From Basidiobolus meristosporus CBS 931.73 (Eukaryota; Fungi; Basidiobolomycota): a stretch of DNA of 64,000 nucleotides. Position numbers and translations under genes: made by a program. The number at the start of each line of letters is the position of its first letter. Position 1 is the first letter of the stretch. The notes under the pieces were generated by a model. It was not told the origin of the DNA, ran no database searches, and was given only the letters and a program-made list of their open reading frames with translations. Of this stretch, positions 23,031-34,871 are shown piece after piece. The DNA lies in assembly GCA_002104905.1 (NCBI GenBank), contig MCFE01000147.1, forward strand, positions 1-64,000. The letters run 5' to 3'.

Positions 23031-26000
23031 ATGGACCAGGCTTCTCTCGCCTTTTGCTTAGCCCAGCCGGCCGTGCGCAACTCGCTCTGCGACAGTGTCG
23101 AGTTCCTCGGCCTCCCTTTGAACAAGCTCAACGTCCTGTGTGACCGGGTTGTGGAGAACTGCGCATATCAGCTGCAATCCTCCGCACTGGACAACGACCT
23201 CATGTCCCCGAATGGGCACTCTCACTACGTAGTCTTTCTGTCCGGTCCGTCCCTCCAAGTTATATATGCCCAAAGATCCATCCTTCAAAAATACCCCTCC
23301 GAGGTATGTTGCCCGTGCGCCGCCCACCCCTTCCCTTCCTCGCTAACCCTTGTCCGCAGGCCTCCGTTTTGTACAAGTTCATCACCAGCGATAGCTTGAC
23401 GTTGGATGGAGCCGTCAAATCAGAATTCCAACTGAAGATAGACGATATCATGCGACTGCGAAACGTCATCATCGAGTTTCCCGACACCGACTCGCGATCA
23501 AGCACCCAGCTCAACTCCGTGTACATTAGCATCCAGGGAAAGCCTGATGATGTGGAGGGGGCGCGTATAGAGTTAGTCACTTTGATCGCTGCTGCGGTAA
23601 GCTTATTCCTGGCCTTCGATTTGGTGCAGAGCCTAACCACCATCCCAGGATGGATCACATGTAGAAAAGCTTCCAATACCAACCCAGCTGATCAACCTCG
23701 TCTGCGGCGTCAAGAGCACACTCATCAGAGCGCTGGAGCAGGAGACCAACACCAAGATCCACCTCCCGCGGTACTACGGCAATCTGCTGGATACGCACAC
23801 GCTCGACCACCATGGGGACGTCCTTGTGGTTGGGGAGAAGGCCAACACCCTGAAGGCAGTCGAGGCCCTCGCGCAAAGCGTGCAAATGGCTGTAAGTACA
23901 GCGCAGTGGCTGCATGTTTGTGAGACGTTCCTAACCACTTCCAACAGAAGCGCAATCTGGTGACCCGGCAATTCCCATTGCAGCCTCGAAAGCTGGACTG
24001 GCTGCCGATCCTGAAGTATCAAGAACTCCTTAACACCATGGAGGACCATGGAACCTCCATCATATTCCCCTCCGCCGACTCCAAGAAATCCTTCATCTGC
24101 ATCTGCGGCCAGAACGAGCACGATATCTCAAGGACCATCAAGGGAGTCACCCATATGGTAATTCCATTTACCGGCCCACGTCGTCTTTTGATTGGCTCTC
24201 ATCTAAAACATCGCTTCAGACCAGTGATGTGTTCTCCGGGTGGCTATGGCTCGAGAACAACATCCCCAGCAGCCAACCGATCCAGCTGCCCGCCCAGCAC
24301 CAACTGAACGAGCTGATATTTAACATCTGCAAGGCATCCAGAGCAGAGATCAAATACCAGAACTATTGCTTTGAAATCTCCGGCCAACCGGGCCCGCTGC
24401 GAGACGCCCTGCGATCGCTCGAGCGGGAGTTCGCATTCAAGGTAAGCCCGTTGATCCATTGCCAGGCTCAGGAATTCGCTGATGATCTCACCTTCGCCAC
24501 AGCTCTTCCAAAAGGAGTGCAAGGCCCAAATCGAGTTAGCCACCGAACACCGCGAGTTCATCAGTGGCAAGAAGAATGGGAAGGTCAACAAGATCATGAA
24601 AAGCACCAACGTGAAGATCGGTTTCGAGAACGCCAGCGATTCCACCTTCTTTATCAATGTGTACAGCCCTCAGTGCACGAGAACGCTGAATGGACTGGAG
24701 CTCCTACAGGTATGTGGACTGCCTGCTGGCATCCTACACAAATTGACTAACGCCTAAGCCGCCCGCCCTTGAAGGAGGAGTTGCCTGCCGAGTTATCCTT
24801 TTTTGTCCCCGAAGCCTATCACAAACGGATCATCGGCGTGGGTGGCAAAAACATTCAGAGAATCATGAAACAATACGGGGTGTACGTCAAGTTCTCCACT
24901 GCCGAAGAGTTTGCTACGCAGGGTGCATCAGCTGACACCGGTGACAATGTGGTTGCTCGTACGCCAGCCAAAAACGTCATCAATCTGTTCAATTTCAAGC
25001 AAGCCATCCTTGACATGGTAGAGAACGGAAGCAAGGACAAGGATTGGTACAGCGACCCTGGGTTCAACTCCAGGGCAGCATCGCCCCAATCCATGAGCAA
25101 GGTTAACGCAAGACACGATTTGAGCTACCATCAGAACATCTACGACCTGGGTGACGCCCAGGCATTGACTGCATCGGTGCGTGAGCGAAACACACAACCA
25201 CACACTTCATGGACCTGTTCTAACGTGCTATATTTTTAGGAGCCAATCATTGAAGAGGTGTGCATGACACTCCCGTTGTCATCCATGGTTACTGCCATCG
25301 TCAAAAGCAGCTACTTCCAAGAATTGGTGTGGCAGATCAAGAGCGATTTCAATATTTCCTTGACGACCATTGAAGAGCACCCCTCACTTGCTACCATGCA
25401 TCACCCGAACGACCTGGGCTCCTGCGCATTTGTATTCCAGTGCGAACGACGGGATGCCCACAACTTGCCACAAGCACAAAAGCAACTTCGAGACTTCCTG
25501 GAAGCGTCCCAAATTGCATCCATCAGCCCCGTTGGATATGGAGCCTGCGGTGGTAATGACAACCCATTTAGACGCACATCCATGAACCCAACTCCATCCG
25601 TTCCGGAGCTCCGAAAAGCTCGGGATACCCGAAGCTATAGCCTCTTCGACCTAGACGCCAGCGGTGTATTTCAATCCAACACCCAACGACGCAATACCTA
25701 TACCAATTTGGATATGCCGAAGTACCAACAGCCACCGCCATCAACCGTAGATCAGTCGTCATACCACCATCGTAGGTATTCTAGTATACCTTTAGACCGA
25801 AATATCTCGCAATCATCCCCGCAAATTTCTGCCAGCCCATGGAACACCTATGACACGATAGACTGCGCCACTCCACGTAAGTTGCTCTTCGAACTAGTTG
25901 GGTGCAGGCATGGAATTGACCGGTTTTTTAGGGCCCAACAACGATGCCAATCGCGCGAATATCAAGGCCAACCCCGATCGAGGGGGCTGGACCAAGTCTG

Positions 26001-26104
26001 ATCCATTTTTTCAAACGCCTGGCCCCACTCCGACCAGCAACAGTAGTGGCCGTACCGGAAGAAGAGGACCCTCCTCGCTGTACTCCGGATATTACGGCTT
26101 TTGA
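23031..26104 (+). CDS. Multi-KH-domain RNA-binding protein (Bicaudal-C/Mug60-like), many short introns
   Basis: KH motifs HREFISGKKNGKVNKIMKSTNVKIGF and ELPAELSFFVPEAYHKRIIGVGGKNIQRIMKQYGVYVKFS..GDNVVARTPAKN. Exons are separated by ~55-60-nt GT-AG introns; Ser/Pro-rich tail. Confidence 0.82.
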
Positions 26105-26726
26105 TGTAAAATGCCAACTCGAACGGGTACTTGTAAGAATGGAAATCCGCAGTTACAAATTGTAAGATAGCATCCTTGAACGACCGAATACCACTGTTTC
26201 CTACTTGCGTCCTCGTCCTCGCCCTCGCCCTCCTCTACCCTCGGCCCATCACCCCCCCCGACATCTCGCTGATATGCACAGGCACATCGCTAGTTGCACT
26301 GTAACCACGTCCACATCTGCTCGTTAGCCATATTCCAGTCGTAGCAACAGGCCAATCCCCTCGCCAGCTGATAGAAAGGGATCACCGAAGCGCCCCAACC
26401 TGCGACCCACCCAACGCACTAGTTTTATGTATTATCCTTCGCTTGTTGAACATTTATAGAGCGTATCTTACCAAATGTATATTAATAAATTAAGTGGTTT
26501 ATCAGAGATACGCAATTCAGGGATGTCTGTCACGGTATGATGGCCTCAGGCACATGACAAATCATCTGGGAATGCTGAAGGGACAGATGAAAAATCTCCA
26601 TCATTCATCCACCATTGATCCGTAGGGGGTGGGGGGGCGGATTGAGTGAGCGCCCTAGACGGCTGGCGGAATAAAAGCCGCCCCTTGCCCACAACAGGAA
26701 TCTCCATGCATTCTGTGCCCGCGACC

Positions 26727-27630
26727 ATGGACGTCTTTTCTTTCACTAATGGTACCTACCGGGGTATAGAGGATCCCGAAGTCGTCCTTCTCAACCGGGT
26801 GGTGTACTTCTACCTTCTGTTCCCGGTGATTGTCGTGGTCGCCTCGTGCGTCCTAACCTCACCATACGGTAAGTGCAAAGAGAGCAGCGGCCCTTCTCCA
26901 GGACGAGACTAAACCCAGACACTTCGTGTATTGTACACCGACAGGGATGCTCGCGAACAACGTGCCGTTTGGTCGAGTGCCAGGGAAGCTTGGGTGGGTG
27001 GTCATGGAGGCGGTGTCCCCCCTCATCTATCTGCTGTGTTTCTTCGTCCCTTCCTCCACCCAGTCCCCACAGCCCACCATCGCCGGTTACTTTTTTCTAG
27101 GCCTCTGGCTGGTGCATTACATCAACCGTTCGTTCGTCTCCGTCTGGCGGTCCCCCTACCGCTCCCCCATACCGGTGGTCGCCTGTTTGTGCGCCATCTT
27201 TTTCAACACCGGCAACGCCTACATGAACGGCCGGTGGGTGGCGGTGTTCGGGGAGTACCCGGACCTCTACCTCACTCGACCGAACTTTCTCCTCGGCACC
27301 GTCCTGTTCCTCGTGGGCTTCCTCGGGAACATCCGGGCGGAGAACGTCCTCATGAACCTCCGTCGCAACTACACCCCCGGTAAGGATAAGTCGAAGTACC
27401 GGATCCCCCGTGGCTTCCTGTTCGAATACGTCTCCTGTCCCCACTACTTCTTCGAGATCCTCGAATGGTCCGGCTACGCCGTGGCCACCAACTCCATCCC
27501 TGGCGTGTTGTTCGCCCTTTGCACCGCGGCCAATCTGATCCCCAGGGCGGTCCAGATTCACCGGTGGTACCAAACCACCTTCAAGGACTACCCGAGCACC
27601 AGGAAGGCAGTGATCCCGATGATTCTGTAA
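26727..27630 (+). CDS. 3-oxo-5-alpha-steroid 4-dehydrogenase (steroid 5-alpha-reductase/DET2-like) membrane protein, 275 aa
   Basis: Exons 26727-26868 and 26945-27630. PYG..., GW.VME.VSP, WLVHYINRSFV, FNTGNAYMNG, NIRAENVLMNLR, YRIPRGFLFEYVSCPHYFFEILEWSGYA, NLIPRAVQIHRWYQTTFKDYPSTRKAVIP. Confidence 0.92.
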
Positions 27631-27665
27631 CCGCGACCGTACCTGTATCCACTCCACCATCCAAA

Positions 27666-27668
27666 CCA

Positions 27669-27701
<33 letters not shown>

Positions 27702-27712
27702 GTCACTGCCAC
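27666..27712. repeat. (ACTCTC)n hexamer microsatellite between convergent 3' ends
   Basis: Tandem actctc units grading into actgtc/actgcc. Confidence 0.8.
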
Positions 27713-27825
27713 TGTCATTGCCACTGGCATTCCAATATTCGTTGGTGGTGTTGTGAAATAGACTCTTTATAGAAATGAAAATGTGAAATTGGTTCCAGTA
27801 CAAAAATCCCCGCGAATTAAACATC

Positions 27826-30800
27826 TCAATGATAATTGGTTTCCATGGTATTATACGAAGGGTTGAGGTCGACGGGCCCGTTCTCCGGCTCGTAGTAATC
27901 GTAGGTGATGGCGGGGGAGCCGTTCACGTCCCCGCTCCCGCTGCCGGCATACTCCTCCTCGAACAGATCCTCCGCGCAGCACAGCAGGTACTCCACCACC
28001 GCGTTCTTCCGCGCCGTGTCGTAGAATTCCTGGCTGGGATCCAGGTTACGCATGAGCGTGGGCCCGAACACCACCGCCAAGTTCTTGGTCCCCATCAGGT
28101 TCACCGACTCGTAGGCTTGGACCCTGCGGAGAGACTGGTTAGCCGGAGGCTGGTGGGGCGTTTCGGGTTGCATACGTACCGTATTAAATGCATGATCAGG
28201 TATTTCAAGGTGTCGTAATGTGCCTTCGGTAAGTGGCTGAGGATCACCTTGAATTGGGCCAATCGCTCTTCCTCTACGTCGATATCTGTCGTTGTTGGGT
28301 AGGCGGGTGCAAAGGGGGGGGCGAGAGGAAGCAGAGAATGTTAGTACGCTAGCCCAAAGTTTGGACGCGGTTCGGGTTGATCTTACATAAGGCGTCCATG
28401 AAATCCTTGTATAGGTCATAAGTGAGCAGAGGGATCGGGAGTTCCCGGAAGTACTGCTTCACCACGCTGGTGACCGCGGTGATGTCACTGAACTCCTCGG
28501 GATCTCCCAAGTTGGGCAGTGGCCCTTCCCCACTCGCCGCACGTGCCAGCGCGCTTTGAATCTCTCGCATCTGTGAAGTGGGCCCGGATTTACGGTAGAT
28601 ACCTTCGAGCATGATGCCTGACCAAAATTGTTTAGCACCTATTCCCAGGGCGATTTCCTCCGCACGAACAAGCACTCACCTCTCATCTCCACCGCGTCAA
28701 TACACAGCTCAACGACGATCGGGATCTCTCTGCCTTCAAAGCGTAGCTGCTCCTCTAATTCATTTCCAAACATGTTGACTACTAGGTTGGGGGTGGTTGG
28801 AGGAGAGGGAAGGGAAAGGGGAGGGAACCTGATGAGCGCTCTGGCCTCGTCACCACTCGCCAACGAAACCATCTACTTACCTCCTTTGGCGGCCTGAATG
28901 TGCCCCGGACAATCGTACGCGGCCACGCCCGCACACTTCGTATGGCTGTGGAAGCCGCATACTACAAATCGATCAATCTTAATGTGGGGTTCAGCATGGA
29001 TGACTCGGGGCGGAACTTACGTTGGCATCTCATCTCTTTGTTCTGTAGGCCCCACATCTTTTCGCCGCAGTGGTCGCATTTCAGCGGTCGGATGAAGGTG
29101 TGGGTGACGAAGGTATGCGCCTTGTTGCTCACCTGCGAGTTGCTGTTCGACTTCTTGTACTTGACCTTGGGGTTGGAGGTGGGTGGCGTGTTGTCCGGGT
29201 CTAAGAATACCCCGATCGGGTTAATGCTGATGCGGGTGGGTGGTGGTGTACGTGCTCGACTTACCCGACTCTCTTTCCCCGCTGTTCGAGGGTTGGGTGG
29301 GGGGTTTCCCCTTCGATTTGAATGAGCTGCCTCCCATCCACTTGAACTTCTTGGACTCCTTCTTTCCATCCGACTTGGGTACGTCCAAGGCATGGTTGTA
29401 CCCGGGGGTGGCTTGGTACTCGCCCTCGTTCATCTGCGGGGACTCGTTCTCTTCGTAGGAGATGGTGAGCCCCTGGTTGGCGTAATCCACATCCCTGTAT
29501 TGGTTGACCACGGCCGATCTTCTACGCAGCTTGTCGTCACTAGGCTTCTCTAGAGGGTAGTTGAAGGAGGGGGAGAGGGGCTCCACCAATTTCGGCGGGG
29601 AGGTGACGGGTGGGTTGGGGCTCGCTTCGGCGTAGTTCATCGATTCCAGGTAGCCGTTCGACAGGATCAAGAACGATTCCCGCTTTTTCTCGTCCGGTAT
29701 GGTCAAGCTAAGGGAGATAGAAGGGATGAATGGTCAGGTGGTGGCGTCCATCGCGTAAAGATCTCCCCCCCCACCCGGGCTTACCTGTCCAGCTCGGTCT
29801 GCTTCCGCCGGGAGAGCGAGTCGAGCTCCGTGTAGAGGCCCTCCTTCTGAAGCTGCAGCTCCCGTATCACCGTCTCCATCTCCTCTTTCTGCACCGAGAG
29901 GTGCTCGATGTTGTCCGAGAGGATTTTGTACATGTTCACCGCCTCTTTCTTCTGGTTCGTGTATTCCTCGTGGGATTGTAGGAGGACGTCCCGCTCCGCC
30001 TCGAGGCTCTTGTATTTCTCTTCCATCTCCTGGCGTAGTCGGGCCTCCTTGAGAAGATCCTCCCTCACCTGTTCCAGCTGCTCCACCAGCTGTCGGTTCA
30101 ACGCCTAAGAACAAAGGGTTAGCGAATCCGCTCGACCGTTTTCCCAAGGTCGGGCACGAACCTTCAAGGAGACCACCTCGGAAGTGACGTCCGTGGAGAG
30201 ATCGCCGTTCTCCTCGAGCCCGGTAGGAGTCGAGCTCTCGTCCCTGGGTTTCTCGTCATCCGATAGGATGGGTGACAAGGGGGTGCTCTCCTCGGCCACG
30301 GTCGGGTTCTCCTTCCCTACCTGGACCTCACGCACCCCTTTGATAATCTCGTTGATGTTCTCCTCCAACACCTTATCGTCCACAAACGGCAGCGGCGGAA
30401 GGGTGGGCGGCCCTTCCAGACGGTTGTCGGAGTAGGACCGGGGTGGCATCATGGACTGGCGCTTTCTGTGTCTGCTTTTCTGCTCGGTAGGGGTACGAAG
30501 GGAATGGGAGCGGGTGGGTCGTTTGGTGATGGAGGAGCTACGGGTAGGTGGTTCGAAGTGGGAGGGGTTGAGGTGCGTGGGTGATCTGGTGGTTGGGTCA
30601 GAGTCCGAGTCCGGGTTGGGGCTGGCATTGGGATTGGGATTGGGATGGCTGTTGGTGCCGTTGTTGGCTACGGGTGGATTGGGTTGGGTATGCTCATCGG
30701 ATATGGGAGCGATCGACTTCTACACGAATGCATACATGGTTAGTCAGAATGCGAATAAATCCCCCCTCATTCCATTGAACAACATGGCGTGGTCAACGGT

Positions 30801-31474
30801 TCATTGAACTGGAACGATACCAACATCTGTGTCTGGCGTCGTCTCTTCCTTCGATGAAGGGTCGGTTTGATGGCATTTGGGGCATTCTAAGCCCTGTAGA
30901 TACGGGTTAGAGTGGAGGAGATGGGTGCGGGATGGAAGGTGGGCTTGCCTGAGGGGTGAGGAAACATTGGTTCGGTTCCAGCGGCTGCTGACAGGAGGAG
31001 CACCGGAAGCAACGCTGGTGGTACGTCCGGCCTTCTTTCTCGCCTAGATAAAGGTTGGGTGAAAGGGGTGGTTCAGTGAGTGGAGCGTCAAAGGGAGGGG
31101 CCTGCTTCGAGTAAGGAGTTCCCGGACACCGGGCGCCATACCTGAGAGCACCGCTTTGTCGAGGATGGGCGTTTTGCACACCTCACAGATGTGCGAGCAG
31201 CTTTCACAGACGGGCTGGTGGTTCAGGATGAGGATGTTGGAGTTGGTTTGAAACGCGGAGCTACAGCTGGAGCAGCGAAAGCTGTTGACAAGAAGTGTAT
31301 GTCAGTCGCACTGCACTGAAAGGTTAACGGTCGCCAGTTGCAACCCCGCCCCCTCCCAGGGGTGACCTACCATTTTACATGCCAAACCTGATCATCCAAC
31401 GTGATGACATTTCCTTCGTTTATCACTGAGCCACAGCCGGTACAATGCTCGTCTTCAAGCTCATAATCCGCCAT
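27826..31474 (-). CDS. Rho GTPase-activating protein with N-terminal LIM domains, coiled coil, C1 domain and C-terminal RhoGAP (Rga1/2-like)
   Basis: MADYELEDEHCTGCG..WHVKCFRCSSC..CESC.HICEVCK..YHQRCFRCSSC; coiled coil 29781-30101; C1 HTFVTHTFIRPLKCDHCGEKMWG..CQ; GAP EIPIVVELCIDAVEMRG..EGIYRKSG..DITAVTSVVKQYFRELPIPLLT..NLMGTKNLAVVFGPTLMR. Confidence 0.92.
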
Positions 31475-31724
31475 CTTTGGGCCAGTCTAGTGTCAGGTGG
31501 TACTTCGATTGGAAAAACGACCGGTTTCCACACACTCGGAAAAGGTAACGTGGAGGAAGGGTAGGGAAGGTAGGGAAAGGAAGGGAGGGGTAGGTATCGG
31601 GAACGGTCCGCTTGGAAGAACGTCTCGGGTGGATGAAGTGGAAGAGGTTGATGAGGTAAGAGCTGGTCTTGTGAAACCCCAAGGATATGCTTAAAGGAGA
31701 GCTAGGGCAAAAATTAAGTGCCGC

Positions 31725-31805
31725 TATCCCTATTCCTATTCCTATTCCTATTCCCATTCCATTTCCATTTCCATTTCCACTCCCATTCCCATGCCCATTT
31801 CCATC
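31725..31805. repeat. (CCTATT)/(CCATTT)n hexamer microsatellite in the divergent RhoGAP-WTAP intergenic region
   Basis: Visible tandem hexamers; they generate spurious IPIPIP/FHFHFH ORFs. Confidence 0.8.
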
Positions 31806-32190
31806 CCAATCTCAATCCCTATCTCAAATCTCGATCGCGGAAAACGTCTTCCCCTCTGGCAGAAATCATCGGCTTCTTGGTGGATCAAGATGCAGCAGGT
31901 ATTGTTGGGTAGGGTTGCATGGGCATCTAGCCCAAGGCAGCTGGACTGTGGTTAAGCCATTCACGCCACATCAACAAACCGAACACAAGCAATTTTTTCG
32001 TGGGATCCAGGGAGAAATCGATTCGAATAAGTTGTTCGGCCATTGGGAATTGGACTGGTTACCATGTCTTCCGATAAACCCTCTCGAAAACGAGCTTACC
32101 CTGGTACGTGGTGAATACCCTCAGCGTCTCGCCTCGCTCTACCCTCCGGCTAACTTTTTTCGCCTTCAAGGGGAGCCGCCTTCTTCAGAG

Positions 32191-33108
32191 ATGGAGAATA
32201 AACGGGTAAGCCCGTTAGGGGTTTGTCATTGCCCGGCCGTCACCAACCGTTTTCCTTCCCACAGCACCGTGGCTCGTTTCACGCCCTGGACAATGCTCAA
32301 CAACCAGTAACCGAGATCGACCATTCGGAGGCTCCTTCTCCTTCGCGAGAAAAGCAGGCCCAGGTCGGGTCGGATGATAAATGCAAATGTCCCTCGGGAG
32401 ACGAGGATATCGACAATACTCTGGTATGTTGGGGGGGGGTGGACATATACACAGACTCACTGGACGTTTCGCTGATATTCCTGTTGATACCAAGGAGGAC
32501 CTCCAAACATTGGCCCAGAACCTCTTGCCCGAAACATACGACATTAAACGGAAGTTTCTTGACCCTACCATCCATGCTTTATTCACGTCCATGAAGAAGG
32601 AGTTGGAGAAGAAGGCGTTGAAAATCCTGCAGTTGACGGAGGAGCTTGAGGCGGTGAAATTCTCACCATCCAGGTAAATCCGCCACCCTGGCCAACCTTT
32701 CCCACCCTACTCATCCCACCCATATCTAGTTTGACTGGGAAACGTCTGCTGGCCAAGTGTCGCAGCCTGCAGCAAGAGAACGAGGGGCTGGGCAAAAGAA
32801 TGTGCCAAGGCCGTGTGGCCCAGTATGAGCTGGAGATCTCCATGCAGAGGAAATTGATCGACTCGTTAAAGGAAAAGATTCGAGGTAACCGTACCGTCAA
32901 CGCCAATAACCCCAATACCAGTACCAACATCACTAACCCATTCCATTCCATCGCATCACCAACCCAACCCCCTTCAGAATCTGACCATTGGATCGAACAC
33001 TTGGATACGGAGGTAGAGTCCTTACAATCCCGACTACTAAACCTACAATCCCGAGCGGATGCTTGCTCGAACAATCACCCGCCCAATACCACCACAGAGC
33101 CACGCTAG
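32191..33108 (+). CDS. WTAP: WTAP/Fl(2)d/Mum2 family m6A-writer regulatory subunit, 4 introns
   Basis: FLDPTIHALFTSMKKELE..LTEELEAVKFSPSSLTGKRLLAKCRSLQQENEGLGKRMCQGRVAQYELEISMQRKLIDSLKE..WIEHLDTEVESLQSRLLNLQ follows the WTAP pattern LDPAINL.F..MK.ELE..EL.AWKFTPDS.TGKKLMAKCR.L.QEN.ELG...SQGRIAQLE. Confidence 0.9.
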
Positions 33109-33140
33109 AACCACCACCGGTCATTGAACGAAATCACGGT

Positions 33141-33985
33141 TTATTTGGGGGGCGGTCTTTTGTTTCCTTTGGCCTGCCCTCTGCAGGGGGTTCTCTGAGT
33201 CGACGAACGAGCGGACGAGCCCGAACCCGAACCCGACCCCGGTTTCCCGTAGAGCTTCGGGTTGGCGAAAACCTTCTTGAGCTGGTCCAGCAGGGAATTC
33301 CATTCGACGTTCAGAATGCCCGGCCGCGGTATGAACGCGTAGTCAAACCCTAGACGCAACGTAAACAAACCAAATAAACCTCTCGTTCGTGAAACGGTTC
33401 GATGCGCGCTTAGTGAAGTCCACTCTCCCCCGCTCCCGCTCCCGCTCCCTCCCTCCTCGACACACTACCCCTCACTCACCTGACTTCGCGTGCTCCGGCA
33501 TCACCTTGATCGTGGCTTGTCGCATGCGTCGACTCACCTGGTTTCGTACCACCGCCAGCTTGCTCACCCGCTTCTTGGAGACCAGATAGGTCACCCGGAA
33601 GGTGTTGATGGGTTTTTGGGTTTTCCTGGGTCGGGAGAAAGGTTTAGTCGCTTGAAGTAGGGTGGGGAAGGGAAAGGGGAAAGGGAAAGAGAAAGGTAGG
33701 TGGAAGTGGAAGCAGAGGTGGAGATGTGCGTGGATGTGGATGTGGACGTGGACGTGGACGTGGCCATGGTTAAGGACGAACCGACCTGCTCAACACCGTC
33801 TCGTTAAACTTCCAAGGGCGCGCCTTCAAGCTGAACAGGTCCGTGTGGATCTGGTAACCCTTTGCGCTCATGAGCTGAGGGATGAAATCCCCCGACACGT
33901 GGTGCAGCTGTTTCGCCCGACTCACGAAGGTCGGAAAGAATCCCATCTTGCCGATTCCAAGGGAGAATTTTCCCGTGGTGACCAT
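33141..33985 (-). CDS. rnpA: Bacterial-type RNase P protein subunit (RnpA-like), 184 aa, two spliceosomal introns, probable mitochondrial targeting
   Basis: Exons 33985-33786, 33625-33480 and 33349-33141 total 555 nt in frame: ..TFVSRAKQL..SAKGYQIHTDLFSLKARP..FRVTYLVSKKRVSKLAVVRNQVSRRMRQAT..AKSGFDYAFIPRPGILNVEWNSLLDQLKKVF. This is colinear with RnpA (R.G.TVAKK..AV.RNRIKR..RE..D.V..A+.G...L...L.K.). Confidence 0.85.
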
Positions 33986-34319
33986 GATCTAATCTCTGTC
34001 TTCCCCCCCCCCTACCTTTTCTCACCGCTCATTGGGTGGCTCCACCTACCAGATTTCTCGGGATCCATTTCATTCCGCCTGATCCTACCAGTAGGTGATC
34101 TTGAATCGAGCCTCCCCGTAGCATTGGTTGCCTGGTCAAAGGGGATCTTTAGTACCAAATGGTTATGTTCAGTCGTTGTGGTGAGCTCTTAAAGGTCTGA
34201 CATACCACTAATCTACACACCGACGGTCAAATATCACCCTGGACACAGGCATCTGGTGAACAGATAATGGCATACAAGGGCTGGTGGCTTGGCTAGGCAG
34301 GTTGGATGCCCATCCGTAC

Positions 34320-34488
34320 TGTAAATGAGAACTTATCTAGTTTTCATGTTCTGGGTATCTGATATTTTGGTGAAAATATTCTAAGTAAATCCGACAAGGA
34401 ATTTGGTCAGTATTTTCTAGGATTTGTAGTAATCTAAGTGACTAAGTTGGGTGAATATTTAGGTGGAATTATGAATTTTTACATACAA
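34320..34488 (-). mobile_element. Partial Copia-A LTR marking the right edge of the gene island
   Basis: Matches ttttcatgttctgggta...gtgaatatttaggtgg of 40412-40761. Confidence 0.7.
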
Positions 34489-34871
34489 CAACAAGAGTAC
34501 TCCCAGCATGAGCTGAGACATAAAAGGTGGCCAAACCAGCAAGTTTTTTTTGGTGGGGGGGGGTATGGCAACAGAATGCATGTACCAATATTACATCAGA
34601 TGCTCTAGCTTCTGTCAGGATGCAACAATCTATCAGGGTTGTAGGTAGGTTGGTTGGTAATCATCACTGGGTTGGGTCATTTTTCTCCTTGGAGGCACCA
34701 CAATCATCCCTGGCAACCATTGGCTGGTTTTGTTGTAAATTCTAGTATTTACACCTAGATATTCACCTGATTTGGTCACTTGGATAATTGCCTACAGATC
34801 TTAGAGAATACTAGCCAATTTCCTTGTCAAGATTTACTTGTAGTATTTTCACCAGAACACCAGGTACCCAG

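Noticed and set aside
27097-30807. Long antisense/alternate-frame ORFs over the reductase and RhoGAP genes
   Set aside because: Shadow ORFs caused by high GC3 in the real genes.
31687-32310. 207-aa ORF with IPIPIPFPFP repeats
   Set aside because: Translation of a hexamer microsatellite running into WTAP exon/intron sequence.
33141-33985. Initial reading as a mitochondrial ribosomal protein, or as bacterial contamination
   Set aside because: The spliced product fits the RnpA motif order instead; canonical introns with branch sites and flanking fungal genes argue against contamination.
33662-34192. 176-aa plus-strand ORF (GKGKGK, WTWTWT)
   Set aside because: Antisense to the rnpA-like intron microsatellites and exon 1.
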